Shown piece by piece: positions 36,858 through 50,232 of a stretch of DNA of 64,000 nucleotides (its first letter is position 1; the number at the start of each line of letters is the position of its first letter). The notes below the pieces were generated by a model. That model ran no database searches and was not told the origin of the DNA. It saw only the letters and a program-made list of their open reading frames with translations. The stretch comes from Octopus sinensis. Its lineage: Eukaryota. A program made the translations under genes and the position numbers. The stretch covers positions 5,952,001 through 6,016,000 of the forward strand of contig NC_043010.1 of NCBI RefSeq assembly GCF_006345805.1, read 5' to 3'.

Positions 36858-39800
36858 TTAGACGTCTGTTGCAGACAGGGGAGGAAGTGGAGGTACCTGG
36901 GGTGATGAAGGTACCTTTGGTAGTGTTGTTATTTTGGGTACAGCTGGCAGAGATGGTTTACAGTCTGAAGTAAACTGACTTTTCACTGGTACTGTAGAAT
37001 GTTGTCCAGTTATGTTAGATGTGGTCCCAGTAATAGTCAAAGGTGTTTGGTCAAACGAACAGGAAGTGTTATTATCGACATTAGGTTGATGGTGATATCC
37101 ATATTTGTTATCTCCCCTTGATCTGTTGAGTGTGTTTTGAAGTTGATTTCTTCTATTCCATGTCTGGTCACTTTGGTAACGGCACAGATCTAAAAATATC
37201 GAGATTTTATATAAATTTACTTTCCAATGAAAAATTAAACTCTTTAAAATTTCTTTCTTGCATAAAACTATTCTCCATCTGTGCAGGTTTGCTTGCAAAT
37301 TTTTAATTTCTAAGAAACAACTTGATAATTTATTGATAATGAAGAAGATAATTAAATTCAGATGGTTCTCATATTAACATTCTCATTTTTGATTATGGAT
37401 CAGTCTTGAGAAGGAATTTTGCAAGAAAAATATATTTTAAATTTTATACAATCAGTATCTTAACCCCTATTTCTGAAAGTGTTACAAATGGACAATAATC
37501 ATTAATTTGAAATTAAATCATAGTCCTTTTTATTTGGAGACTGGTGGAATGAAAGCTCCCTTGTTTGAAAAGCATTCAATGGATTAGTTACAGAAAGAGT
37601 CTCTATGTGTAAAGCACTGCCTTAATATCCTACTCATCTGACTCATGCTATCATAAGAAAAATGAACGTAAAAGGAATGAACAAACTAAATTAAATATAT
37701 GTATTACACTTTCGTTAGGAAATATGATATTTAATTTAAAAGTTTCTTACATCTGAAGAAATGCTTAGTATTTTTAACTTACCTGGTAGTTCCTCATAAT
37801 GTCCAGCACTACCGACACTCCAGCCATGACCACTATCAGTGTGAGATGACAATGTTGACATCTCACTAAATTGGTCAGGATTGTTCAGTTCTCTGTAACC
37901 TGGAGACATACTTTCTTCTCTGGGAATAAACATCTATAAATATAGATCCAATGGATCGTCATAATGTTCTGGACATTAAAAAAAAAGAAATATATCTCAA
38001 AGATTTAGACAATTCTAAGGAATTTTAATCATTGTATACTCTAAGTTCTAAACTTTCTGAAGTCTACAAGTAATTTCCTAGAAAGATGACCTCAAAACAT
38101 TAGTCGGAATATATATAGGTAATTTTTAGTATATTTTATTTACTCTGTCTCCAGGATATCTTCATCATCGCCATCTCAGAGTGCTATGACTTATGAGTTT
38201 ATAATATACAAAGAAGCTTCAATTAGTAAGAAAGAATCATATATTAAGTAATTTAGTCACCCCAGTAAACTGGGGATATGAAGAATAACAAGCAGAGTAA
38301 ATAATTCAATATGAAAACAGCAGTCGAGTTCCAAACTAACTTTTCAAATTGTATATGATAGATCATCAATATTACCCCAGTAACATAGGAAAACTATTCT
38401 ACAGATGAAAATAGCAGACCTGTTTTATTCATGTCTAATGCTGACTGCAATTGTACAGATAAAATTTACAATTGTCTAAAATACTGTGTATATAACATTC
38501 CTCCAACCACAAAGATTGCACGTGTCAATAAATATTTGTTACTTCTCAATTTCCTTTGCAGCATTCAGATGAAGTTTTTCTAGGAATAACCAAAATTGAA
38601 AAGAATGCAAAAATACATTTGGAAAAGATTGATGAACAATAAAGGGAATGATTTGAATGTAAAATAGTGAGAGTGGTCATCATCATCTTTGAACATCAGT
38701 TCTCGATGCTGACATGGGATGGAGAGTAGGACAGGAGTTAGCTAGCCTGAGGGTTGTCCATGCTTCATCTCCCTATTTTTCTATAGTTTCTATGAAGGGA
38801 TGCACTTCATAACACCAACCACATAACACAGTGGCCCCAACATGGGAACTTTTATGTGGAACCTCTATGGGCAATTTTACATGGCACCTGCAAAGGTGTA
38901 TTTACATGGTTGCAAAATGTTTGCTCTGAAATATATATAAAGCAATTATATTTCATGTAGCAACACAAAAACAAATGAAATATGCAACAACCCTTTTTTT
39001 TCTTGATATTTCAAATAAATATAAGCAATTTACCTGTTCAGGTCTGTTCAAAGTAAAATCATTCCACTTATCACATGGCATGGTTCTGCAGTAAGTATCT
39101 TCCCTATAAACCTTTGATTCTTGAGATGGCTTCAGTTTTCTCGACATCGTGTACTGAACTCCAGGAGGAACACAGGTAGGATCAAATATATATTTTGATT
39201 GGATGTTTAATGCAGGTGTAACCTTGTGGTACATATCAACACTGTTGTTATGGTTGCCGTCTGTCTGCTTCAACCTATGAACTATACAGATCGATATAGA
39301 GATCACTATGACAACTGATACGATCACAGCTGCTACAACAATAACAATCATCACATTCAATTGGAGACCATTACTTGATTCTGTTGTTGTCTTTGAAGGG
39401 GTCTTAAATATCTTTGATGTGCTGTTACTAACTGTTAGAGTCAAAGACAAAGTTGTTGTCGACGACAGAACTGGACTGCCACTGTCTTTCACACCTAATT
39501 CCAGTTCATAGAATCCAGCATCATTTTGGTAAAGTGAGCGAGAGAAAGATAAGACACCAGAGTGATGGTTCATTTGAAATAAGTGTTTCTCATTACCTCT
39601 GAGTATTTCATATGTGAGGAAGGCATTGTGTTGACTGTCTCTGTCAGAGGCCCTAACAACTGTGATATCATGGTCAGAGTGGGGATGGTAGTGGACATTA
39701 AGAGTGAAAGGGTCAACATTAGGGAAACTGAAATAGGGAGCATTATCATTTAAATCCATAACCTCAACAACAACATTTGCTCTCTTCTCCAGTGATGGTG

Positions 39801-41421
39801 TTCCTTTATCTTTTACTAAAACCTTAAACTCATACAAGTTCTTTTCTTCTCTGTCTAGGGACTCAGTTGTGGAAATGAATCCCACATCAGATATCTGAAA
39901 TGGTAGAATATCTTTTCCATTAGATAATAGAGAATAGGTTAATTGTCCTCCATCTCCAATATCTGGGTCTGTGGCATTGACATATCCAACAGGTAAGTCT
40001 TTGTGTTCATTTTCATAGGTGAGAAACTTAAATATGTCCTGACTAAACTGAGGTTGTACATCATTTATGTCAGTAACCACCACAGAAAACCGTTTCTCTA
40101 CTTTCAATGGAGGTAAACCATTATCTTGACATTTAATGGTGAAATTAAAGCTCTTCTCTCTCTCTCTATCTATTTCACTCTTGACAACAACTTTGTATTT
40201 CTTTTCAGACATTGAAATAAGCTGAAGATATCTGTTTTGTAAATGACATTTCACTTGTCCATTTGCTCCACTGTCATTGTCAATAACTTTGACAAAAGCA
40301 ACAAAACTATGAATTTGAGCTGCTTCTGAGATGAAAGCTGTTTTTCCAGTTGACTTAACAAAAAATTTGAAGTCAATGTTTGGTGGATTATTCAAATGAG
40401 TGACACCATTTACCAGAACAGTGGCAGCTGAGGACATTGGTGGGTTACCATTATCCCTAGCTTCAACAAACAATTTATATATCCTTCCAAATTGAAATTC
40501 TTTCTTTAAAAACAAATATCCAGTTACTTCATCTAATCTGAAAAACTGTTCAGTATATTTTGATGTTATGGCATTGAAAAAATAAGATATTAATCCATTT
40601 TCTCCTTCATCTAAATCTGTGGCTGACAGCTTTGCAATCGGTTTGTTTAACTGGTGTGTGTCATTTACAGTGATATTATAATTCTTCTCAGAGAACAAAG
40701 GTTTATTGTCATTTATATCCTTAACTAATATTTTAATACGAAGTACACCTTTTTTCTGTGGTGACCCATTATCTCTGGCAATTAGCTGAATTTCATAAAT
40801 GCTTTTTGTCTCACGATCTAAGACATTTTCAAGGTTTAGTTGCAACAAATCAGATCCATCCAACTCTTTAGAAACAATCAATTTAAAAGGAGTATTTAAA
40901 TCTTCAATCTCATAAGTGATTCTGGAATTCTGAATATTGACATCATTATCAATGGCATTTGGAATTATATACTTCGTTCCTATTGAATCATTTTCATCAA
41001 ATTTTAAGTGAAATTCCTTTTTTGGAAACTTGGGAGAATTATCATTAACATCTTCTATTATAACTTTGATTTCTAATATCTTAATAACAGAATAGCCATG
41101 TTGAACAGTTATTTCTAATATTCTGAAACATTCTACATTAAATTGACACAGAATTTCTGCATCCAATATGGCAGCAGTGTACAAGTGTCCTCCCTGTGTA
41201 ACATTAAATAACGGAGCTGCTCCATTTGTACTTCCCTGAACAACATTAAATGTCAGTTTGCTGTTATCGTCAAGAGATGGTACAGTATCCAATAAGTGTG
41301 TATCAATGACAATATCTCCAATGAAGCTGTGTATATCATTGTTCTCTTTCACATGGTAGGTATGATCCACACACCAACAATTGTTAACCATTAACAACAC
41401 CAACGAAAGTATGTATAACAT
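36858..41421 (-). CDS. Pcdh: Protocadherin G4, join(complement 39034..41421, 37783..37933, 36858..37189), 956 aa
   Basis: Six EC repeats and TM; GT-AG sites at positions equivalent to the paralogs; 2388+151+332 in frame. Confidence 0.93.
38675..38910 (-). mobile_element. Old reverse-oriented copy of the (GAT)n retroposon shared by units 4, 5 (47472-47712) and 6 (55371-55526)
   Basis: CATCATCATC tail, CATGCTGACATGGGATGG and CTAACACCAACCAC motifs just downstream of the large-exon donor; truncated in G6. Confidence 0.55.
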
Positions 41422-42227
41422 GGTTACAGTCTACAATTCTGTTACAAGGAAATATATGTAAAATGTTGTTGAAACCTAAGAAATAATGACTTCTTGAATA
41501 TTTTCTTCTGTTATCACCTGTAAACATATGAAACAAAAATTTATTTATGCATTAATAAACCAGAAAATTCACATCACTGAACACTGACAGTAATGAAAAA
41601 AAATTGTACCAACATTTTACAAGTTATGACAAAAAATCTACATTATCATTCCATTCTTTATCACTATATGCATTTGATAGAATTTTCAACTTATTTTCCT
41701 CCTACAGATTTAAGTTATATTTTTGTGTGCAAAAATATTATATCAATTGTATAATCTCTTATTCTTTGTAACAAACATTTCTTAAATTTTCATCATTTCA
41801 AGAACCTAATTTATACTTCAAATAAAAGAAGGAAGCATTAACATATGTTTGACTGGTCTACATCTGCTAATTTATCTTAAATTCTCATTTTGTGTACTAA
41901 GAAAGGAAGCCTACACTGACAATTAATGAACCTTTCCCAAATATCAGTCAAATCTCCCCCAAATCACAAACTATCATAATATTTAAAAAGGGGACATATT
42001 GGATAACATATTGAATACTATATATCAAAGTACAGCATGACACAAGAAAAAAAAGATATGATTATTATGGTTAGAACTGCCTCTGATTATTGATCTATCC
42101 AATTGCAAACAACATGAGATTTAAATTTTGTTTGGCAGTCAAGTAATATATAATATATAATTATGTTTCTATACATTATCCACAATCAAGTCTGATTAAT
42201 AAATGATAAATGTATTTTTCAGCAATA

Positions 42228-43484
42228 TTAGGTTGTCAAGAAAGTTCTTGCAGTTTTTAACCTTTAAATTCAGTTGCACAAATCTCAGCTTAAACAGAAC
42301 TTTATTAATCAAAATAAACACCATCAGAATCAACACACTTTTGCCAACACGAAACAAGTTTATTTATGCCAGTAGCATAAAAATCCTGCATTCTGGTAGC
42401 AATGAAGTCGTTGAGGGTGTGTTTGGCATCATCTTGGTTTTTGAAGAATTTCTGACACAGGATGTTGTTGAGATGCTTGAATAAGTGGTAGTCGGTTGGC
42501 AAGAGGTCTGGTGACTATGGCATATGAGGCTGTGTTTCGTAACCCAATTCGTTCAACTTCTGCAGGGTCAGTTGTGCGACGTGTAGTTGAGTGTTGTCGT
42601 GGAGAAGAATTGGTAATTTTCTATTGACCAATGCTGGCTGTTGTTGTCGGAGTTTCTTATGCATTTCATCTATTTACAGACAGAACTTCTCTGCCATAAT
42701 GGTTTCGCCTGGATCCAAAAAGGCGTGATGGATTACAATGGCCGCAGACCACCATGACCTTCTTTTGGTGCAACTTTGGCTTTGGGAAGTGCTGTGGAGC
42801 TTTGTCGGTGCCCAACCACTGAGCTGAGCATCACCGGTTGTTGTAAAGTATCCATTTTTCATCACAAGTCACAATCCAGTCGTTCTTGCTGTGTAAAAGA
42901 AGGGAAGACGACACTTTAAAATGGCATTTTTTTGGGTTGTCGTTCAATTCATGCGGCACCCATTTCTCAAGTAATATTTTTCTAATCTCTTTCAAGTGGT
43001 TGGAAATTGTCACATACGTTACGTCTAATTCAGAATCAAGTTCTCGAACAGTTGTGCGTGAATTGGCTTCCACTAAGGCTCTTAGTTGATCATTGTCAAC
43101 ATCCGATGGCTGACCACCATGCTTATCTTCAAGACTCTTGTCACCGCTACGAAATTTCTTGAACCACGATTGTGCTGTATGTTCATTAGTGGTTCCTGGG
43201 CCAAATGCATCGTTGATATCATGAGCTATTTCAGCAGCTTTTCGGCCTAGCTTGAACTGGAATAAGAAAATTGTGCGAATTTGCTTTTTGTCCATGTTGT
43301 ATGCAACGTTCTGGACAAAATGGTCTAATTATTCAATAAGAAAAAGAGTAACACGATTAGATAGAACGAAAAATGGGCTTTAAAATGACATATAAAGTCT
43401 TAGTAATTTAATGATATTTAATTTGAAAATATATCATTTAAAACCAAAATGTAAAATTCAGCAAGAACTTTCTTGACAACCTAA
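42228..43484 (-). mobile_element. Degenerate mariner transposon (Hsmar1/cecropia-like), 1257 bp
   Basis: 24-bp TIRs TTAGGTTGTCAAGAAAGTTCTTGC and TA duplications at 42226-42227 and 43485-43486. Transposase fragments: MDKKQIRTIFLFQFKLGRKAAE...WVPHEL...TCDEKW (42831-43295) and PTDYHLF (42305-42502). Frameshifted. Confidence 0.92.
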
Positions 43485-44356
43485 TACGTTCATAAATACA
43501 TTATGGTAAGCAGTAAGTTTTGTAGTCTGAAGAATATCCGGTTAAGCTTTTCAGCAATCTGCTGTAGATAGGGAACCTAAATTTTTGCTGTAAGATGCTA
43601 AGATCTTAATATTCTAAGGGGTTTCTTTTTTATCCTTTATTTCTTTTAGGAACTGGACTCCAGCTTTGCTGGGGTACTCCCTTGATACTTATAACACATT
43701 CACTCTTTTACAACATTAGTACTCCCCAACCGTTCTATTCCTAAAGCTATTAAGTTGCAGACTTTGAAAATGGTTCTCTTGCTTCATTGATAGGGTTCGT
43801 TTCTTAGATTCACAGTTACTGAGTCACAATCTGTAATTCACGATTTGATGCAAAGGAAGTAAAAGATAAAACTGACAGAACACTAATTAAATGAGTTGTT
43901 GCCCTTTGATTCTGGCCTAAAAATAACAACAAAAAAAAAATGTCTGCCTAACAATCTAAGCTGAAAAAATAATTTCCTTCATCACATCTCCCTTCTAATT
44001 ATCAATATTTAGCGTCATTCTCACATTAAACATTTGACAATCTAATCACAATTAAACATTCAGTAATCTTGCGATTCCTTGGAACAGAAAAATCAAAAAT
44101 TTTACAATTTAGTAAAATTATATCTTTCCTAAAATTTACCATTCTAGACGGTCTTTGAGAAATAATATTTATATTCTAGATTTGATGAATGGAAATCGTG
44201 ACAAGGTACAAATATCTGTGAAAAGTTCTAACATCAAGTAAACTTATTCTATTTCTACATCCTGTCTGTAACAATAGAATGAACTTTTGATTAAATAAAC
44301 CATTTGAAAAACATATAAAAGATTACACAACAGAATAAGTTCTAATAAGTACTTAC

Positions 44357-44595
44357 CAACAGTTGTCAGTGGTTTATATAGTTGTTGCTGTGCTGTTTCA
44401 GGGTTTTGGTAACAAAGTTATATCAGTAGCAGAAGTTCTGAGTAGTTTGGTATGTGACAGTGTTATGTAGTTCTATGGAGTTGGTTGTGTAGTATGTAAT
44501 GTGTGTTGTAGCCAATGACAAGCTGTCTTTTATTCCAGTGCAAGGAAACGGAAATACAGCCTCCAACTTTTGCAGTTAATGATGGGCTGACTCAC
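44357..44595 (-). promoter_or_regulatory. Promoter/leader exon of G4
   Basis: Conserved block; donor at 44356; acceptor before 41517. Confidence 0.7.
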
Positions 44596-45660
44596 AGACT
44601 GGTTTACTTAACCCACACCCACTTACGTATACATGTGAATGTGTGTTAGTACATAAATGAATAAGGAAGAAATGTCTAATGATTAGAATGAAGTGGACAG
44701 GCAATAAATTCAGTATGGAAAATATTGATTCAAAATAATGTTAACATAAATGTGTAAAAGTAAAAGGAACCTAACTTTAGTAACTTTATGTTACAAACTG
44801 CACATAACTCTCAGAAAAGTTATGATGGAACCAAGATAAAATTGATTCATATAAAAGATAAATATTTGGAAATATTATTATATTAATACAATAAAACAGC
44901 AGTGGAGTCAAAAAAGAAAATATTTTAGAAAATACGAAACTATGGCTATCAATAAACTTATTTATGTTCAGTAGAAACGTGTGAAGTAGAAAACTGAAGA
45001 ACAGCAGAATAAGAGAATGAGCAGAAGGAATGATATTTACCAAACCTTTTGCATTTGTTAGGTTAAAGGGGTATACTTCATTTTGGGTTATATAGATTTC
45101 CTCAGAATTAATAATAATAATATTGAAGAATTTCATGAAGAACAGAAGTGGAAGGCAACTACTAATAGATATAACTTCTACAAACTACCATAGTAAAATA
45201 TTCAGTAAATCTCAGATTTTGTAACAAAACATTAACATCTTGGAGCCTTCGAAGTGAACACTGATAGCATTACAGAATATAAATATAAGATTCTTAAGAT
45301 TTACTATTTCAGAAATGGATTTGCAGAGAAGTTAGGATGTTGTATAAAATGTTTGCTGTATTTAGTTACAAATTATTATGCACTGTGCTGAAATTGCTAT
45401 GAATTTAGATTTATTTTATCAATACAATAAATGAGATTAAATACTAACCAAATAATTGGGTTGATTTACTGTAAATTAAAAGCTAAAAACAGAATCTGAA
45501 AACTAACTGAAACTAATTAATGAAACATTATTGATGCGTGTTCTACTATGAAATGAAATATTGTTTTGTTATTAATATTTTCTTTTAATGTATTCCTTAC
45601 TGGAAACGTATTGCCTGTCTTGAGAAAATAATGCTTTGTTATGTTCTTGAAATTATGCTA

Positions 45661-48600
45661 TTAGACGTCTGTTGCAGACAGGGGAGGAAGTGGAGGTACC
45701 TGGGGTGATGATGGTACCTTTGGTAGTGTTGTTATTTTGGGTACAGCTGGCAGAGATGGTTTACAGTCTGAAGTAAACTGACTTTTCACTGGTACTGTAG
45801 AATGTTGTTCAGTTATGTTAGATGTGGTCCCAGTAATAGTCAAAGGTGTTTGGTCAATCGAACAGGAAGTGTTATTATCGACATTAGGTTGATGGTGATA
45901 TCCATATTTGTTATCTCCCCTTGATCTGTTGAGTGTGTTTTGAAGTTGATTTCTTCTATTCCATGTTTGGTCACTTTGGTAACGGCACAGATCTAAAAAT
46001 ATCGAGATTTTATACAAATTTACTTTGCAATCAAAAATTAAACTCTTTAAAATTTCTTTCGTGCATAAAACTATTCTCAACAACAACTTGATAATTTATT
46101 GATAATGAAGAATATAATTAAATTCAGATGGTTCTCATATTAACATTCTCATTTTTAATTAGTGATTAGTCTTGAAAAGGAATTTTCCAAGAAAAATATA
46201 TTTTCAAGAAATTTTAATAGAACATTTAATACAATCAACATTAACCCCTATTTCTGAAAGTGTTACAAATGGACAATAATCATTAATTTGAAATTAAATC
46301 ATAGTCCTTTTTATTTGGAGACTGGTGGAATGAAAGCTCCCTTGTTTGAAAAGCATTCAATGGATTAGTTATAGAAAGAGCCTCTATGTGTAAAGCACTG
46401 CCTTAATAGTCTACTCATCTGATTCATGCTAGCATAAGAAAAATGAACGTAAAAGGAATGAACAATCTAAATTAAATATATGTATTACACTCTCATTAGG
46501 AAATATGATATAAAATTTAAAAGTTTCTTACAACTGAAGAAATTCTTGGTATTTTTATCTTACCTGGCAGTTCCTCATAATGTCCAGCACTACCAACACT
46601 CCAGCCATGACCACTATCAGTGTGAGATGACAATGTTGACATCTCACTGAATTGGTCAGGATTGTTCAGTTCACTGTAACCTGGAGACATACTTTCTTCT
46701 CGGGGAATAAACATCTATAAATATAAATCAATGGATCATCATAATGTTCTGGACATTCAAAAACAGGAAATATATTTCAAAAATTTAGACAATTTTAAGG
46801 AACCTTCGGTTGGGATGTTAACTTCTAAGCATTGTATACTTTGAATTCTAAACTTTCGAAAGTCTACAAATGATTTGTTAGAAGGTTGACCTCGAAACAC
46901 CAGTCGGAATATAAATAAGTAATTTTTAGTATATTTTATTTATTCTGTCTCCAGGATATCTTCATCATCGCCATCTGAGAGTGCTATGACTTTTGAGTTT
47001 ATAATATACAAAGAAGCTTCAATTAGTAAGAAAGAATTATATATTAAGTAATTTAGTTACCCCAGTAAACTGAGGATATGAACAATAACAAGCAGAGTAA
47101 ATAATTCAATATGAAAACAGCAGTCAGGTTTCAAACTAACTTTTCAAATTGTATATGATAGATCATCAATATTACCCCAGTAACATAGGAAAACTATTCT
47201 ACAAATGAAAATAGTAAACCTGTTTTATTCATGTCTAATGATGACTGCAATTGTACAGATAAGATTAGCAATTGTCTAAAATACTGTGTATATAACATTC
47301 CTCCAACCATAAAGATTGTACATGTCAATAAATATTTGTTAGTTCTCAATTTCTTTTGCAGCATTCACCTGTTTTTCCAGGAATACCCAAAATTGAAAAG
47401 TATGCAAAAATACATTTGGAAAAGATAGATGAACAATAAGGTGAATGATTTGAATGTAAAATAGTGAGAGTGGTCATCATCATCTTTGAACATCATTCTC
47501 CATGCTGACATGGGATGGAGAGTAGAACAGGAGTTAGCTAGCCTTAGAGCTGTCCATGCTTCATCTCCCTATTTTTGTATAGTTTCTATGAAGGGACACT
47601 CATCCTAACTCCAACCACTTAACACAGTGGGTGCTTTTATACGGCCCCAACATGGGAACTTTTAGGAGGAATCTCTCTAGGCAATTTTACATGGCACCAA
47701 AATGATTTATTTACATGGTACTAAAAATGATTGCTCTGAAATATATATAAAGCAATAATATTTCATACAGGAACACAAAGACAAATGAAATATGCAACAA
47801 AACCTTTTCTTTCTTGATATTTCAAATAAATATAAGCAATTTACCTGTTCTGGTCTGTTCAAAGTGAAATCATTCCACTTATCACATGGCATGGTTCTGC
47901 AGTAAGCATCTTCCCTATAAACATTTGATTCTTGAGATGGCTTCAGTTTTCTCGACATTGTGTACGAAATGCCAGGTGGAACACAGGTAGGATCAAATAT
48001 ATATTTCGATTGGGTGTTTAATGCAGGTGTAACCTTGTGGTACATATCAACACTGTTGTTATAGTTGCTGTCTGTCTGCTTCAGTCTATGAACTATACAG
48101 ATTGATATAGAGATCACTATGACAACTGATACGATCACAGCTGCTACAACAATAACAATCATCACATTCAATTGGAGACCATTACTTGATTCTGTTGTTG
48201 TCTTTGAAGGGATCTTAAATATCTTTGATGTGTTGTTACTAACTGTGAGAGTCAAAGACAAAGTTGTTGTCGATGACAGAACTGGACTGCCACTGTCTTT
48301 CACACCTAATTCCAGTTCATAGAATCCAGCATCATTTTGGTAAAGTGAGCGAGAGAAAGATAAGACACCAGAGTGATGGTTCATTTGAAATAAGTGTTTC
48401 TCATTACCTCTGAGTATTTCATATGTGAGGAAGGCATTGTGTTGGCTGTCTCTGTCAGAGGCCCTAACAACTGTGATATCATGGTCAGAGTGGGGATGGT
48501 AGTGGACATTAAGAGTGAAAGGGTCAACATTAGGGAAACTGAAATAGGGAGCATTATCATTTAAATCCATAACCTCAACAACAACATTTGCTCTCTTCTC

Positions 48601-50232
48601 CAGTGATGGTGTTCCTTTATCTTTTACTAAAACCTTAAACTCATACAGGTTCTTTTCTTCTCTGTCTAGGGACTCAGTTGTGGAAATGAATCCCACATCA
48701 GATATCTGAAATGGTAGAATATCTTTTCCATTAGATAATAGAGAATAGGTTAATTGTCCTCCATCTCCAATATCTGGGTCTGTGGCATTGACTTGTCCAA
48801 CAGGGAAGTCTTTGTGTTCATTTTCATAGGTGAGAAACTTAAATATGTCCTGACTAAACTGAGGTTGTACATCATTTATGTCAGTAACCAGCACAGAAAA
48901 CTGTTTCTCTACTTTCAATGGAGGTAAACCATTATCTTGACATTTAATGGTGAAATTAAAGCTCTTCTCACTCTCTCTATCTATTTCACTCTTGACAACA
49001 ACTTTGTAATTCTTTTCAGACATTGAGACTAACTGAAGGTATTTATTTTGTAAATGACACTTCACTTGTCCATTTACTCCACTGTCATTGTCAATAGCAT
49101 TGACAAAAGCAACAAAACTCTGAATTTGTGTTCCTTCTGAGATGACTGCTGTGTTTCCAGTTGACTTTAAGAGAAATTTGAAGTCAATGTTTGGTGGATT
49201 ATTCAAATGAGTGACACCATTTACCAGAACAATGGTAGTTGATGACATTGGTGGATTACCATTATCCCTAGCTTCAACAAACAATTTATATATCCTTCCA
49301 AATTGAAATTCTTTCTTTAGAAACAAATATCCAGTTACTTCATCTAATCTGAAACACTTTATAGCATATGTTGATGTTTTACTATTGAAGACGTAAGATA
49401 TTAATCCATTTTCTCCTTCATCTAAATCTGTGGCTGACAGCTTTGCAATCGGTTTGTTTAACTGGTGTGTGTCATTTACAGTGACATTATAAGTATTTTG
49501 GGAGAACACAGGGAAATTATCATTAATATCTTTAATAATTATTTTTATATGAAGTACACCTTTTTTCTGTGGTGATCCATTATCTCTGGCAATTAGCTGA
49601 ATTTCATAAATGCTTTTTGTCTCACGATCTAAGACGTTTTCTAGATTGAGTTGCAATAAATCAGATCCATCCAATTTTTTAGAAACAATCAATTTAAAAG
49701 GAGTATTTAAATCTTCAATCTTATAAGTGATTCTGGAATTCTGAATACTGACATCATTATCAATGGCATTTGGAATTATATACTTGGTTCCTATGAAATC
49801 ATTTTCCTCAAATTTTAAATGAAATTCCTTTTTTGGAAACTTTGGAGAATTATCATTGACATCTTCTATTATAACTTTGAGTTTTAATAACTTAATAAAA
49901 GAATGGCCGTGTTGAACAGCTATTTCTAACATCCTGAAACATTCCACATTACATTGACACAGAATTTCTGCATCCAATATGGCAGCTGTGTACAAGTGTC
50001 CTCCCTGTGTAACATTAAATAACTGGTCTGTTTCATCAGAACTTCTCTGAAGTACATTAAACATCAGTTTGCTGTTATCATCAAGAGATGGTACAGTATC
50101 CAATAGGTGTGTATCAGTGACAATATCTCCAATAAAGCTGTGTATATCATTGTTCTCTTTCACATGGTAGGTATGATCCACACACCAACAATTGTTAACC
50201 ATTAACAACACCAACCAAAGTATGTATAACAT
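45661..50232 (-). CDS. Pcdh: Protocadherin G5, join(complement 47845..50232, 46564..46714, 45661..45992), 956 aa
   Basis: Six EC repeats and TM; conserved splice sites; 2388+151+332 in frame. Confidence 0.93.

Noticed and set aside
37736-37933. Small stand-alone ORFs MFIPREES...
   Set aside because: Internal exon: the ATG directly follows the acceptor AG, G7 has ATT at this codon, and the frame joins the ectodomain exon in phase 0.
42831-43295. Domesticated SETMAR-like gene or active transposase
   Set aside because: The transposase is broken into short frameshifted pieces, and no SET domain or usable exon fusion is visible.
44357-44595. CTCF-type site in the promoter cassette
   Set aside because: No convincing match by eye; a PWM scan would be needed.
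44786-45136. Hydrophobic ORFs MKFFNIII... (also 35983-36237, 61495-61722)
   Set aside because: AT-rich intergenic/UTR sequence; length and start are not conserved between otherwise near-identical copies.
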